A stretch of DNA of 64,000 nucleotides from an uncultured Alphaproteobacteria bacterium (GTDB taxonomy: Bacteria > Pseudomonadota > Alphaproteobacteria > Rhizobiales > Xanthobacteraceae). Every line of letters starts with the position of its first letter. Position 1 is the stretch's first letter. The translations under genes were made by a program, and so were the position numbers. This document shows, in pieces, positions 1 to 9,442 of the stretch. The stretch covers positions 76,499-140,498 of the forward strand of contig CAVPOL010000057.1 in NCBI GenBank assembly GCA_963706975.1, given 5' to 3'. A model generated the notes under the pieces. The model had not been told where the DNA came from and made no database searches. It was given only the letters and a program-made list of their open reading frames with translations.

Positions 1-755
1 TGCCCTGGCCGCTGGATCTGGTGCGCCTCGCCGCCAGCATCCGCCTTGCCGATCTGCCGGTCAGCAATCAGGCCGCGGCCGCGGCCCTGCTCGGGGGATA
101 CAGGGAAGGCATTGCCCAGCCGCAGCCGGCGCTGCTCGACGAAGGTGAAACCTGGCTGCGCGCCTACGCTGCCAATACCGAGAAAAAGTCGAAAAAATTC
201 TGGAAGAAGGTCGATGACTATCCGAGGGCCAGGCCGCCGCGGGAAGTTGCCACCCGATTGATTGCGAGCATGCCGAAGGACGCGGAAGGAATCCGTTTCT
301 GCTCGCGCGTCGCCGGCATCGGCAGCCTGGGACGGCCACGTTACGTCGCGGTTGCCTTCTGGCGCGGCGGACGCATCCTGCGCGAGGCCAAGGCTCTGGT
401 GCCGTCGGCATGGCTCTGGTCTCGTGGCGGAAAATCCAGGGCGTCGCAGTTTTTGGCGCTGGCGAATGGCGGATACCGGGCGCCGGATCCGTTTCTCACC
501 GTGCAGGACGGGTTCATCTTCCGGCGCCTCGGCGCCGATTCCCGCAAGATCGAACTGGTCGACGCCGGCGGGGCGATCAGAGTCAATGTTCTGCGGGCCA
601 TGGGATTCGATCTCGGATCGATCCATGCCGCGGGTTCGCCCGGCACCCGGCGCCTGCAGGCCGATCTCAAGAAGCGGCCACGCGGCTGGTTGAACGCTGC
701 AGCGAAGACGGCAGTGGCGTCGGTCAAGCGCGATTATCAGGAGTGGCGAAGCTGA
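1..755 (+). CDS. DUF2252-family protein, 5'-truncated by the window edge
   Basis: Motif RVAGIGSLGRPRYVA...LREAKALVPSA and MGFDLGSIHA resemble the DUF2252 C-terminal half; frame is open from the window start. Confidence 0.65.
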   Translation, partial: PWPLDLVRLAASIRLADLPVSNQAAAAALLGGYREGIAQPQPALLDEGETWLRAYAANTEKKSKKFWKKVDDYPRARPPREVATRLIASMPKDAEGIRFCSRVAGIGSLGRPRYVAVAFWRGGRILREAKALVPSAWLWSRGGKSRASQFLALANGGYRAPDPFLTVQDGFIFRRLGADSRKIELVDAGGAIRVNVLRAMGFDLGSIHAAGSPGTRRLQADLKKRPRGWLNAAAKTAVASVKRDYQEWRS

Positions 756-939
756 CGGAAGCCTCCTACATTCACTCGACACGTTCGCCGGATATACGTC
801 GTTTCTGAACTCGATCGGTCGCCGTTTCACTGCTATAGTGGCTGCGTAACTCTCCCGGACAGCCGTCGTCAGTTCCAATCGCGCCGGTCCGCTGGAAACG
901 CATGGAGAGCGGGCACGCTCGTTGAATTGGAGAGACTGC

Positions 940-1911
940 ATGCCCTCGATGACTGAATGGAAGGTGCCGCCGGCAAACCAGCCCCGGCCGGGCGATTACA
1001 GCTTCGATCTGGATCGTGTGCTCTCCTCGGTAATCGGCCTGCATTCGATCATCCCCGCCGACGCCTCCAGCGCGGAGACGCTGGGCACCGAACGTGCCGG
1101 CAATGGCGTGTTGATCGACGACGGGCTGGTGCTGACCATCGGCTATCTCATCACCGAGGCCGAAGCGGTCTGGCTGCACCTTGGCGATGGAAGGGTGGTG
1201 GAAGGCCACGCGCTCGGCACCGATTTCGAGACCGGCTTCGGGCTGGTGCAGGCGCTCGGCCGCATCGACCTCGATCCGCTGCCGCTCGGCTCGTCCCGTG
1301 CGGCTGCGGTCGGCGACCGCGTCGTGGTCGGTGGCGCCGGCGGGCGCACGCGGTCGGTCGCCAGCCACATCGTCGCCAAGCAGGAGTTCGCCGGCTACTG
1401 GGAATATCTGCTGGACGAGGCCGTCTTCACCTATCCCGCGCATCCGAACTGGGGCGGCACCGGATTGATCTCGACGCGCGGCGAATTGATCGGGATCGGC
1501 TCGCTGCAGCTCGAGCGCGAGCGCGACGGCCGGGCCGAGCATGTCAACATGATCGTGCCGACCGACCTGCTCAAGCCGGTGCTCGACGACCTCAGGAAAT
1601 TCGGCCGCGTCAACAAGCCGTCGCGGCCCTGGCTCGGGATGTACACCCACGAGATCGACAACCGGGTGGTGGTGGTCGGCATCGCCGGCAAAGGGCCGGC
1701 AGGACGCGCCGAACTCAAGCCCGGCGACATCATCCTCGCCGTCAAGGGCGAGAAGGTCTCGAGCCAGATCGGATTCTACCGCAAGCTCTGGTCACTCGGG
1801 ACCGCCGGGGTCGATGTGCCCCTCACCGTCTACCATGAAGGCGTCACCTTCGACGTGGTGCTGACCTCGATCGATCGCACGAAGCTTTTGAAGGCGCCGA
1901 GACTGCATTGA
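940..1911 (+). CDS. S1C/HtrA-like trypsin-fold plus PDZ protein (catalytic His/Ser motifs altered)
   Basis: GNGVLIDDGLVLTIGYLI, HPNWGGTGLI..RGELIGI, RPWLG, then PDZ GPAGRAELKPGDII; GGAGA upstream of ATG 940. Confidence 0.85.
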   Translation: MPSMTEWKVPPANQPRPGDYSFDLDRVLSSVIGLHSIIPADASSAETLGTERAGNGVLIDDGLVLTIGYLITEAEAVWLHLGDGRVVEGHALGTDFETGFGLVQALGRIDLDPLPLGSSRAAAVGDRVVVGGAGGRTRSVASHIVAKQEFAGYWEYLLDEAVFTYPAHPNWGGTGLISTRGELIGIGSLQLERERDGRAEHVNMIVPTDLLKPVLDDLRKFGRVNKPSRPWLGMYTHEIDNRVVVVGIAGKGPAGRAELKPGDIILAVKGEKVSSQIGFYRKLWSLGTAGVDVPLTVYHEGVTFDVVLTSIDRTKLLKAPRLH

Positions 1912-1958
1912 ACCAGGGCTTCATTGAATCAAGGCTGGATTGAATGGCGGAGCGCGGT

Positions 1959-3041
1959 ATGAGCGACGCCGGCGAGGCCGTGGTGGACGACATCGTGGCC
2001 GTGCTGCCGCCGCTGCTGCAATCGCTGGAGGCGCTGGGCTTCATCGCACGACACCTCAATCCGCCCGATTTTGGCCGCGTCATGGAGGCCGCGGGTTTTC
2101 CGGATCAGGCGTTGCAGGCGGTACTGCCGCGGCTTGCGGACTGGCCGGAGCCATTTTACGATTTGCGCGCACCGCTGCTGAGCGCGAGCGAAGCGGCGCT
2201 GAAGGCATTCGAAGGGCTGCGCGCCGTGCAGAACGGCCAGGGTGACCTCGTCGCGGTGTTCCGCGCGTTGCGCCATGCGCCGCGCGCGCAGGAGGCGCTG
2301 TATCCGCTGGCGGCAAGACTGCCGCCGGTGAGCAGCTTTTTCCTCGATCCTGCCTTGCGCGAGGACGACGGCCTGCTGGCGCGCCTGGCGCAGCCGGCAC
2401 AGGAGAACACCGGCATCGTTCACGACCACAACGAGCCCGGCAGCCGCGGCGGCTTCTCGCTCTACGTCCCGGAATATTACACGCCCGAGCGCGCCTGGCC
2501 GCTGGTGATGGCGCTGCATGGCGGCAGCGGCAACGGCCGCGGTTTTCTGTGGAGCTGGCTGCGCGCCGCCCGCAGCCATGGCGCGATCGTGGTGGCGCCA
2601 ACCGCGACCGGCAACACATGGGCGCTGATGGGAGACGACACCGACACGCCAAATCTTTTGCGTATCCTCGATCTGGTCCGGGGCCGCTGGAAGATCGACC
2701 CGCAAAGACAGCTGCTGACCGGGATGAGCGACGGCGGCACCTTTTGCTATGTCACGGGGCTGGAGAGCGCCTCGCTCTTCACCCATCTTGCGCCGGTCGC
2801 CGCCACCTTCCATCCGCTGATGGCGGAGATGGCCGACGCCGAAAGACTGCGCGGGCTTCCGGTCTATCTCGTGCACGGAAAACTCGACTGGATGTTCCCG
2901 GTGCAGGTGGCGCGCCAGACCCGAGGGCTGCTGTCGGCAGCCGGCGCCGACGTCACCTATCGCGAATTCGATGACCTCAGCCATACCTATCCGCGCGAGA
3001 TCAACGCGGAGATTTTGCAATGGCTGAATGCCGGGCGGTAA
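1959..3041 (+). CDS. Phospholipase/carboxylesterase (alpha/beta hydrolase)
   Basis: PLVMALHGGSG, GMSDGG nucleophile elbow, HGKLDWMFP, terminal SHTYP. Confidence 0.85.
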   Translation: MSDAGEAVVDDIVAVLPPLLQSLEALGFIARHLNPPDFGRVMEAAGFPDQALQAVLPRLADWPEPFYDLRAPLLSASEAALKAFEGLRAVQNGQGDLVAVFRALRHAPRAQEALYPLAARLPPVSSFFLDPALREDDGLLARLAQPAQENTGIVHDHNEPGSRGGFSLYVPEYYTPERAWPLVMALHGGSGNGRGFLWSWLRAARSHGAIVVAPTATGNTWALMGDDTDTPNLLRILDLVRGRWKIDPQRQLLTGMSDGGTFCYVTGLESASLFTHLAPVAATFHPLMAEMADAERLRGLPVYLVHGKLDWMFPVQVARQTRGLLSAAGADVTYREFDDLSHTYPREINAEILQWLNAGR

Positions 3042-3076
3042 TTTGACGATCCGCCGTTAGGGACCTCGGCCAGAAG

Positions 3077-3101
3077 GGAACCATCCGCGCACCCCCGCGT
3101 T
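3077..3101 (+). promoter_or_regulatory. Putative sigma-EcfG (general stress) promoter
   Basis: GGAAC-N16-CGTT ending 25 bp upstream of ATG 3127. Confidence 0.55.
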
Positions 3102-3126
3102 GTTCGCGATCACCGGAGGGTTCGCC

Positions 3127-3334
3127 ATGCGCGTGTTTCTCGGAATGATTTTGGGGGCGCTGCTGCTGGTGGCGGGCGTCTACATCTACAATTCGTCGTC
3201 GACATCGACGGTCGCGAGCGGCCAGGCGGCATCGAGCCAATCGCACGATCGTGAACTGGGACGTGGCGGCGACCGACTGGAACGCGCTGAAGGCGCGCGC
3301 CCGCAGCGACTGGGTCAAGCTGTCGTCGAGGTAA
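3127..3334 (+). CDS. Small membrane-anchored hypothetical protein (frameshift near 3238)
   Basis: GGAGG RBS; MRVFLGMILGALLLVAGVYIY TM helix; continues in another frame as RTIVNWDVAATDWNALKARA...WVKLSSR*. Confidence 0.55.
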
Positions 3335-3403
3335 TCGCGAAATCCATCAAGGCGGCCACGGTGTGCCTTCGTCCATGACGGGGGCATTTTTGCTGTTGCG
3401 CGA

Positions 3404-4078
3404 CTACTTTTTCGCAGCCGCCTTGCGGGCGTCGGCAATGGCCTGATCGAACTGCGCCATGGTCAGGGCACCCGGCACCCGGAATTTGCCGACGATGAAG
3501 GACGGCGTGCCCTTGAAGTCGAATGCGACGGCCTGCTCGCCGTTGCGCGCGATAACCGCGTCGATCGCTTTGGCATTGGCAGCGAGATCCCGGTCGGCGC
3601 GATCGAGATCGATCCCCGCGCCGGCGAGCAACTCGCGGATCCGCGGCGCCGTCAGCTTCGAGGAGACGCCGATCAAGGCGTCATGCGCCTGAATGAACTT
3701 GTCCTGGTATTTTGAGGCCAGCGCCATTCGTGATGCGATCACCGAGACTTCGCCGAGGATCGGCCAGTCCTTCAGTACCAGCCGGACCTTGCCGTCGTCC
3801 TGCACCACCTGCCGCACCTCCGGTGCGACCTTGCGGCAATAGGGACAGTTGTAATCGAAATATTCGACGATCGTGATGTCGCCGTCGGGATTGCCGGCCA
3901 CCGGAATATCGGGATCGCGCAGCACCATCGCTTCCGTCAGCACCTTTTCATCGTGGTTATCGTGCCCGGATGCCAGCCGCGGCGCCATGAAAGCGAACGC
4001 GCCGGCGCCGAGCAGACCGAGCGCCTGGCGCCGGTTCTGTGCCAGCGCTACCGGAACGGGATCTATGGATGTGTTCAT
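3404..4078 (-). CDS. DsbA-family thiol-disulfide oxidoreductase with Tat-like signal
   Basis: NRRQAL leader, EYFDYNCPYCRK, GTPSFIVG. Confidence 0.9.
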   Translation of the reverse strand: MNTSIDPVPVALAQNRRQALGLLGAGAFAFMAPRLASGHDNHDEKVLTEAMVLRDPDIPVAGNPDGDITIVEYFDYNCPYCRKVAPEVRQVVQDDGKVRLVLKDWPILGEVSVIASRMALASKYQDKFIQAHDALIGVSSKLTAPRIRELLAGAGIDLDRADRDLAANAKAIDAVIARNGEQAVAFDFKGTPSFIVGKFRVPGALTMAQFDQAIADARKAAAKK

Positions 4079-4116
4079 GTGTGGTCCTCGCGCCGCCGCG
4101 CCAACGCCATCTGCGC

Positions 4117-4896
4117 TCAAGATAGGGATAGATTACGCGCCAGCATATAGAGCGCCACCGCAATTATGATGGCGGCGAACACGATGTTGAGCGCACCGCG
4201 CCGCTCCGACAGCAACCGCGCCGAACGGGTGCCGATCAATCCGCCGCCGATGCCGCCGGCGACGAACAATCCGGCCAGTTCCCAGGCGACAAGTCCGGAC
4301 CAGGCGTAGCTGGCGGCCGTGGTCAGGCCGAAGGCGGTGACGGCAACCAGCGAGGAACTGACCGCGTTCATGATCGGCATTTTCGTCGCCAGCATCAGCG
4401 CCGGCACGATCAGGAATCCGCCGCCGATGCCGAAGAAGCCGGACAGCGTCCCGGTGGCAACGCCGAGGCCGACGATGGCCGGCATGTTGGCCATGCTCAT
4501 CTGCACGTCGGGCAGACCGATCCGCGAGCGCGATTTCAGCATCAACGCGGCGATCACCAGCATCAGCAATGCGAACAGCGCCAGCAGCTTCTGGCCGTCC
4601 ATCATCTTGCCGAGGATCGAGCCGCCGAAGGCGCCGACGATGCCGGCCGCCGCAAAGGTCAGCGCGCAGGACCACACCACCGTGCCGCCACGGGCATGGT
4701 TCGACAGATTGAGCGCGGCATTGGCGGCCACCGCGATGGCGCTGGTGCCGATCGCGACATGCGGCTCGGGCACGCCGACCACATAGACCATCAGCGGCAC
4801 CGCGAGGATCGAGCCGCCGCCGCCGACCAGCCCCAGTGAAAATCCGACCAGCGCTCCCGATGCCAGTCCCAGCACGCCCTGCATCACGGAGATCAT
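4117..4896 (-). CDS. Sulfite exporter TauE/SafE family membrane protein
   Basis: Duplicated GLVGGGGSILAVP / GFFGIGGGFLIVPAL motifs, about 8 TM helices. Confidence 0.9.
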   Translation of the reverse strand: MISVMQGVLGLASGALVGFSLGLVGGGGSILAVPLMVYVVGVPEPHVAIGTSAIAVAANAALNLSNHARGGTVVWSCALTFAAAGIVGAFGGSILGKMMDGQKLLALFALLMLVIAALMLKSRSRIGLPDVQMSMANMPAIVGLGVATGTLSGFFGIGGGFLIVPALMLATKMPIMNAVSSSLVAVTAFGLTTAASYAWSGLVAWELAGLFVAGGIGGGLIGTRSARLLSERRGALNIVFAAIIIAVALYMLARNLSLS

Positions 4897-5101
4897 TAAA
4901 GCGGCAACCTGGCTGGCACGGGCACGGCTCGTGGAAGGAATTTCTCCAAATCCCTACGCTGGGAGCATAAAAACTGCAATGGCGTTTCAGCTCGACGGCT
5001 GGCATGGCGGTCGAACTGGCGATCCGGCAATGGGCCCGCTCCAACTCGACATCCTGAACGCGGCCGGCCAGGCGCCGGCCGCGCGGCCGGATCACAAGCG
5101 C

Positions 5102-5578
5102 TTACGCCGTACCCTTCAGCTTCTTGTTGCATTCGCTCCAGAAGCCGCCGCCCTTCTCGATCCACTTCATGCCGCCGGTGGTATTGGCGGCCTTGTTGGC
5201 TTTCCACTGGTCCGAGCAGGTATGCAGCCGGGCCCTGGCCGCCGGTTCCTTGGCATATTTCGCATCCACCGCCGACGGGTAGGCGGCGGGTCCGGCCGGC
5301 GTTGCCGGCGCCGCGGCAGGGGCGGCTTCCTTCCTGGGCTTGGCAGCCGCTTCCTTGGTGGCCGCCTGAGTTGTGGCGGGCGCGGCGGTTGCGTCCGATC
5401 CGCATTCGGCCTTGCGGAATTCGTTCCACGTCTTGCCGCTGAGGCTGCCGGCGGTTTTGGCCGCCTGATATTTTGCGCTGCATTCCTGCGGGGTCAGGGC
5501 CCGTGCCGACGACGTCGCAGCGAACGCCGCGAGAGCCGACACCGCAACCGCGCTCAACAACTTTGCTTGAATGTTCAT
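5102..5578 (-). CDS. Secreted hypothetical protein with two Cys-pair domains joined by an Ala/Pro linker
   Basis: Signal peptide; CSAKYQAAK...WNEFRKAEC and CSDQWKANK...WSECNKKLK; AGGGA RBS. Confidence 0.7.
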   Translation of the reverse strand: MNIQAKLLSAVAVSALAAFAATSSARALTPQECSAKYQAAKTAGSLSGKTWNEFRKAECGSDATAAPATTQAATKEAAAKPRKEAAPAAAPATPAGPAAYPSAVDAKYAKEPAARARLHTCSDQWKANKAANTTGGMKWIEKGGGFWSECNKKLKGTA

Positions 5579-5825
5579 CCTTGGTCCCTCCTTGGTGCAT
5601 GACGATCCGAGACCTGCATCCTACCGCCACCCGCACGCGGAGGTTGAGGGTTCTGTCACCATATTGCGAGCACTGCGCGTGCAGAGGATTGCAAAAACAT
5701 TGCACGCCCCCCGGGCGGGACAAGACGCGAGAATATCGCCCGCGCTCCCCAACGAAGGGGCAAGCGCATTGCTGCAGTCGGCTTTGCGCATTTGTCCCGC
5801 ATGCCGCAATTTGCCATAAGGCGGC

Positions 5826-6911
5826 GTGAGCCTGATCCCCGCATCTGTCGCGTCTGCCGTTCCCGGCCGCGCCAAAATCCTGAGCGTGATCGAGACGCTG
5901 GCGATCGGCACGGCGGGCGGCGGGCTGTTCCTGCTGGCGGGTCTTCCGGGCGGGCTGATCTCCGGCGCGATGCTCGCGGTCGGCATCGCCGCGATGGCCG
6001 GGCGCCCGCTGACGATGCCGCCGGTCCTGACCCAGGCGATCCTGGTGCTGCTCGGGATTTCGCTGGGCTCGCTGGTGTCGCAGCAGTTGCTGCAGCCATC
6101 AGCGCCTATCCGCTGACCATCGGCCTGTTGGCCCTGGCCACCTTCTGCTCGACCTTCGGCTCCAGTCTCTACCTGCAGCGTTTTCATGACTGGGACCGGA
6201 CCTCGGCCTTTCTGGCCGGCAGCCCCGGCGCGCTGTCGCAGATCATCGTTCTGGCCGCCGAGAAGGGCGCCGACGTGCCGGCGATCGCCGTGGTGCAGAC
6301 GGTTCGGGTGATCATTCTCACGCTCGCGCTGCCGCTGCTGCTGGCGCTGACCGGCCTCGTGCCCGCGGTCCAGCCGGCCGCCGCCGTGACTGTCGCCTCG
6401 CCGGTCGAACTGGCCGTACTGATCGCAGCCGCGGTGGCGGCGGCGCTGCTGCTGCGGCTGATGAAATTTCCCGCGAGCTGGATGTTCGGCGCGATGCTGG
6501 GATCGATCCTGCTGCACGCGCACCGGAACGATCGAGGGCGGGCTGCCGGAATCGATGCGCAACGTGGCGCTGGTCGGCATCGGCGCGCTGATCGGCACCC
6601 GTTTTGCGCGTGTGAGCGTCAAGACCATGCTCGGCCATGTCAATGCGTCGCTCGGATCCTTCGCGGTGGCGATTGCCGTCTCCGGCATTTTCGTCGCCGT
6701 GGTCGCGCTCACCACAAACGTGCAGGTCGCCGACATCATCGTCGCCTTCGCGCCGGGCGCGATGGACGCCATGCTGGCGCTGGCGCTGACCCTGCATATC
6801 GACCCGATCTTCGTCGGCGCGCACCATTTGTCGCGCTTCGTCTTCGTCTCGATCGCGACCCCGGGCATCGTGCATCTGTTCGGACGGCCGCAGGAGGATG
6901 TGGATGATTGA
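5826..6911 (+). CDS. AbrB-family (AidB regulator / putative ammonia monooxygenase-like) membrane protein, frameshifts near 6095 and 6520
   Basis: Duplicated PGALSQIIVLA / APGAMDAMLALA motifs spread over three frames. Confidence 0.8.
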
Positions 6912-6941
6912 AGCCGCCATTGCCCACCCTGGATTTCTCCT

Positions 6942-7021
6942 CGTCATTGCGAGCGCAGCGAAGCAATCCATTGCTTCAACAAGCAAGAAAGATGGATTGC
7001 TTCGCTGCGCTCGCAATGACG
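6942..7021. repeat. REP-like palindrome pair (GTCATTGCGAG type)
   Basis: 30-bp perfect inverted repeat cgtcattgcgagcgcagcgaagcaatccat / atggattgcttcgctgcgctcgcaatgacg; related copy at 55357-55474. Confidence 0.85.
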
Positions 7022-7039
7022 TTGAGAGATTTTCCGCAA

Positions 7040-7690
7040 ACACGTTCGACCTCGCGGCGCGCCGCGCCCGAGGGTTTGCTTCAGATTTCACTCTCCTCGA
7101 GAACAGAGGGTGCAGGGAAAGCCGGGTGCCGATCGCACCCGCGGTCGTGCGCACAAAACGCACGAGTAGACCACGAGGCAACCGGATCAACCGGCTTTCC
7201 CCGCGCAACGGTTTACGGCTTATTTCGCGCTCACCCCGGTGAGACCATGCTCTGTTGCCACCGTCGCCTTGCGGATGGCAGACGCATCCAAAACCCGGTT
7301 GGGCGGACACATCTCCACAAGACTTGACGCCAGCATTCGGGGCGTCAGGCCGACACGATTTCGCCATCCGCGCCTGTCTCGCCAAAGCTCTCGCCGGACC
7401 TCGTACCTATCCGAGCAAGTTTCAACGAAGACAGTTTTAAGCGCCGTTCGTTCGCGCGCCGGATAATCGCTCACGGGGTTGATCCCGCCCTGCCATCCCT
7501 TGCGCGCCCGACGCTGTCGCGTCCATCGCATCCCGCGCCCTGCGTCCGTGACGTCCGCGAAACGCCCCTTGAATTGGGACGGGATACGAGGAATATAGAC
7601 TGATTTGCCAATTCTGAAAATCAGAATATTTTTTCATGCGGGGCTTGACAGCGGCGGACCGGCAATCCAGCTGATTTGCCCGTCGGGTCG
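7040..7690 (-). other. Long structured non-coding element (candidate ncRNA or non-autonomous repeat)
   Basis: No credible ORF; nested stems such as gggaaagccgg 7115-7125 with ccggctttccc 7191-7201; AT-rich promoter-like block at 7592-7635. Confidence 0.5.
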
Positions 7691-7737
7691 GATCTTATAA
7701 TTGCCTCGTGATCTTTGCGCGCCAACTAACAGCCCTT

Positions 7738-7859
7738 CGTCGCCCCGGCCTCCGAGCCGGGGCCCATACGCCGTGTCCTCACGATGCGGCACGAAGGCGA
7801 CACCTCGCGAACAATGACCGCCGCGGATTATGGGTCCCGGCTCGGAGGCCGGGACGACG
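7738..7859. repeat. REP-like palindrome pair
   Basis: cgtcgccccggcctccgagccggggcccata ... tatgggtcccggctcggaggccgggacgacg. Confidence 0.8.
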
Positions 7860-7920
7860 GCTGTGGGTATTCGGAAGACGGTTCTACATCAGCCGCGCCG
7901 TGCGCCGCGCCGTCCACGCC

Positions 7921-8460
7921 TCAGCGGCGCCGCAGCCGCAAAATTCCTGCGCCTGCGACCGCGGCCATCAACAGCGAGATCAGCACATTGTAGCCGGCGA
8001 GCGACAGGCCGAGAAAACGCCATTGCACCTCGTCGCAGCGGATCACTTTTACGCTGTCGAGCCGCTGCAGCAGGCTGCCGGCGCTGCCGAGATCGACCAC
8101 TGACCCTGCGCATTCGGTCGGCCCCTGCCAGAACTGCCATTCGACGCCGGCATGATAGGCCCCGAGCCAGGCATTGCCGAGTGCGGACGCGGCGAGAATC
8201 GCAAGCCCGCCCACCAGCACGCCGCGCGGCACGTCTTTCGTCGCAGCGAACGCCACCAGCAAGCCGATCGGAACGGCGAGATAATAGGCATAGCGCTGCT
8301 CCAGGCAGAGCGGACAGGGCCGGATGTCCAGCACCAGCTGAAAGAACCAGGCGCCGGCCAGCGTCGCCGCCGCGATCACCGCGATGGCGAGGGCTGCGAT
8401 CAGCGCCGCACTGGCGGCATCGCGGGCGAGCGGGCGGAATTCGGCGGCATCAAGCGTCAA
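7921..8460 (-). CDS. dsbB: Disulfide bond formation protein B family
   Basis: PCPLCLEQR, YHAGVEWQFWQGPTEC, RCDEVQWRFLGLSLAGYN; AGGAGG before TTG 8460. Confidence 0.85.
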   Translation of the reverse strand: MTLDAAEFRPLARDAASAALIAALAIAVIAAATLAGAWFFQLVLDIRPCPLCLEQRYAYYLAVPIGLLVAFAATKDVPRGVLVGGLAILAASALGNAWLGAYHAGVEWQFWQGPTECAGSVVDLGSAGSLLQRLDSVKVIRCDEVQWRFLGLSLAGYNVLISLLMAAVAGAGILRLRRR

Positions 8461-8626
8461 TTGGGCCTCCTGTGCAAAGGCGTCGTATCCCGCGGGCATG
8501 GTCCTGTCGAGGCGAAGCGCGATCACAGGGCGGTGTTTTGGCAGGAAACGCACGGGTTGACCGCAAGTCCGCACCCGCTATATTCCGCCGGCTTTGCGAC
8601 CCCAAGCCTTTTGGCCGGCCGCAAAT

Positions 8627-8712
8627 GCCCCTGTGGCGGAATTGGTAGACGCGCTCGAACTCAAAATCGAGTTCCGCAAGGAGTGCTGGTTCAATTCCGG
8701 CCAGGGGCACCA
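8627..8712 (+). tRNA. tRNA-Leu(CAA), with an apparent extra A in the anticodon loop
   Basis: GCCCCTG/CAGGGGC acceptor stem, D-loop AATTGGTAGAC, CTCGA/TCGAG anticodon stem, long variable arm, GGTTCAATTCC T-arm, encoded CCA. Confidence 0.93.
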
Positions 8713-8789
8713 AGCTCCGCTGCTGCGCAGCTTCGCTTGGCAGGCGTGCTATAATTTGCCCTGTAGTGGTTTGTGCCCGGTCCAGCGAG

Positions 8790-9002
8790 ATGAAACAACC
8801 CATCCTTACCCGCACTCCCGATGTGATGGGCGGTACACCGGTTTTTTCCGGCACCCGTGTGCCCGTGCAAACGCTGCTTGACTATCTTGAGGCAGGCGAG
8901 TCGATCGACGATTTCCTCGAAGGCTTTCCGTCGGTGACCCGAGCCCAGGTTGTCGCCTTCCTGGAGCAGGCCAAGGATCGCCTCATCGAATTGGTCAAGT
9001 GA
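8790..9002 (+). CDS. DUF433-family antitoxin
   Basis: PDVMGGTPVFSGTRVPVQTLLDYLEAGESIDDFLEGFPSV. Confidence 0.9.
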   Translation: MKQPILTRTPDVMGGTPVFSGTRVPVQTLLDYLEAGESIDDFLEGFPSVTRAQVVAFLEQAKDRLIELVK

Positions 9003-9123
9003 AAATCTTTCTCGACGAGTGCATCGATTGGCGGTTGTCTCGCGACATCATCGGTCACGACGTCAAGACCGCGCGCCAATTGGGTTGGAGCCATCAAGAA
9101 TGGGGAGTTGCTTACTCTCGCGT
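8999..9123 (+). pseudogene. Truncated DUF5615/PIN-like toxin
   Basis: GTGA overlap with antitoxin; MKIFLDECIDWRL...HDVKTARQLGW/AIKNGELLTLA, after which similarity is lost. Confidence 0.7.
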
Positions 9124-9428
9124 TCCGCCAGCGCCTTTCTGAAATCCGGATTCAAATGGCGCCGCAGCACGGCTGGATCACTGCTCAGGCTCACGATCGC
9201 ACCGGAGGACAACAACGCCAGTTGCGCGAATTTGATATCGACGCTGTTGCGCGACGATCTGCTGAATTTGGCTTCGCGCGCGGGAGAGGTTTCGTCCGCC
9301 ACTTGTCTTCTTGTTCCTTGTATCGCTCTTCCCGTTCATATTTGACCCATCAAATTCTTCTCAACGAGAGGTACGGCCTGAATGTCTCGACCAGGCGGGC
9401 GGTGCATTTGGCGACGAACTCGCATTGA

Positions 9429-9442
9429 TTGACCTACATCAA
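9429..9442. promoter_or_regulatory. FNR/FixK-type box upstream of the DUF485-actP operon
   Basis: TTGAC-CTAC-ATCAA, one mismatch to TTGAT-N4-ATCAA. Confidence 0.55.

Noticed and set aside
6318-7637. ORFs of 60-355 aa over the 6.9-7.7 kb region
   Set aside because: They translate REP and structured non-coding sequence, with no protein motifs or convincing RBS
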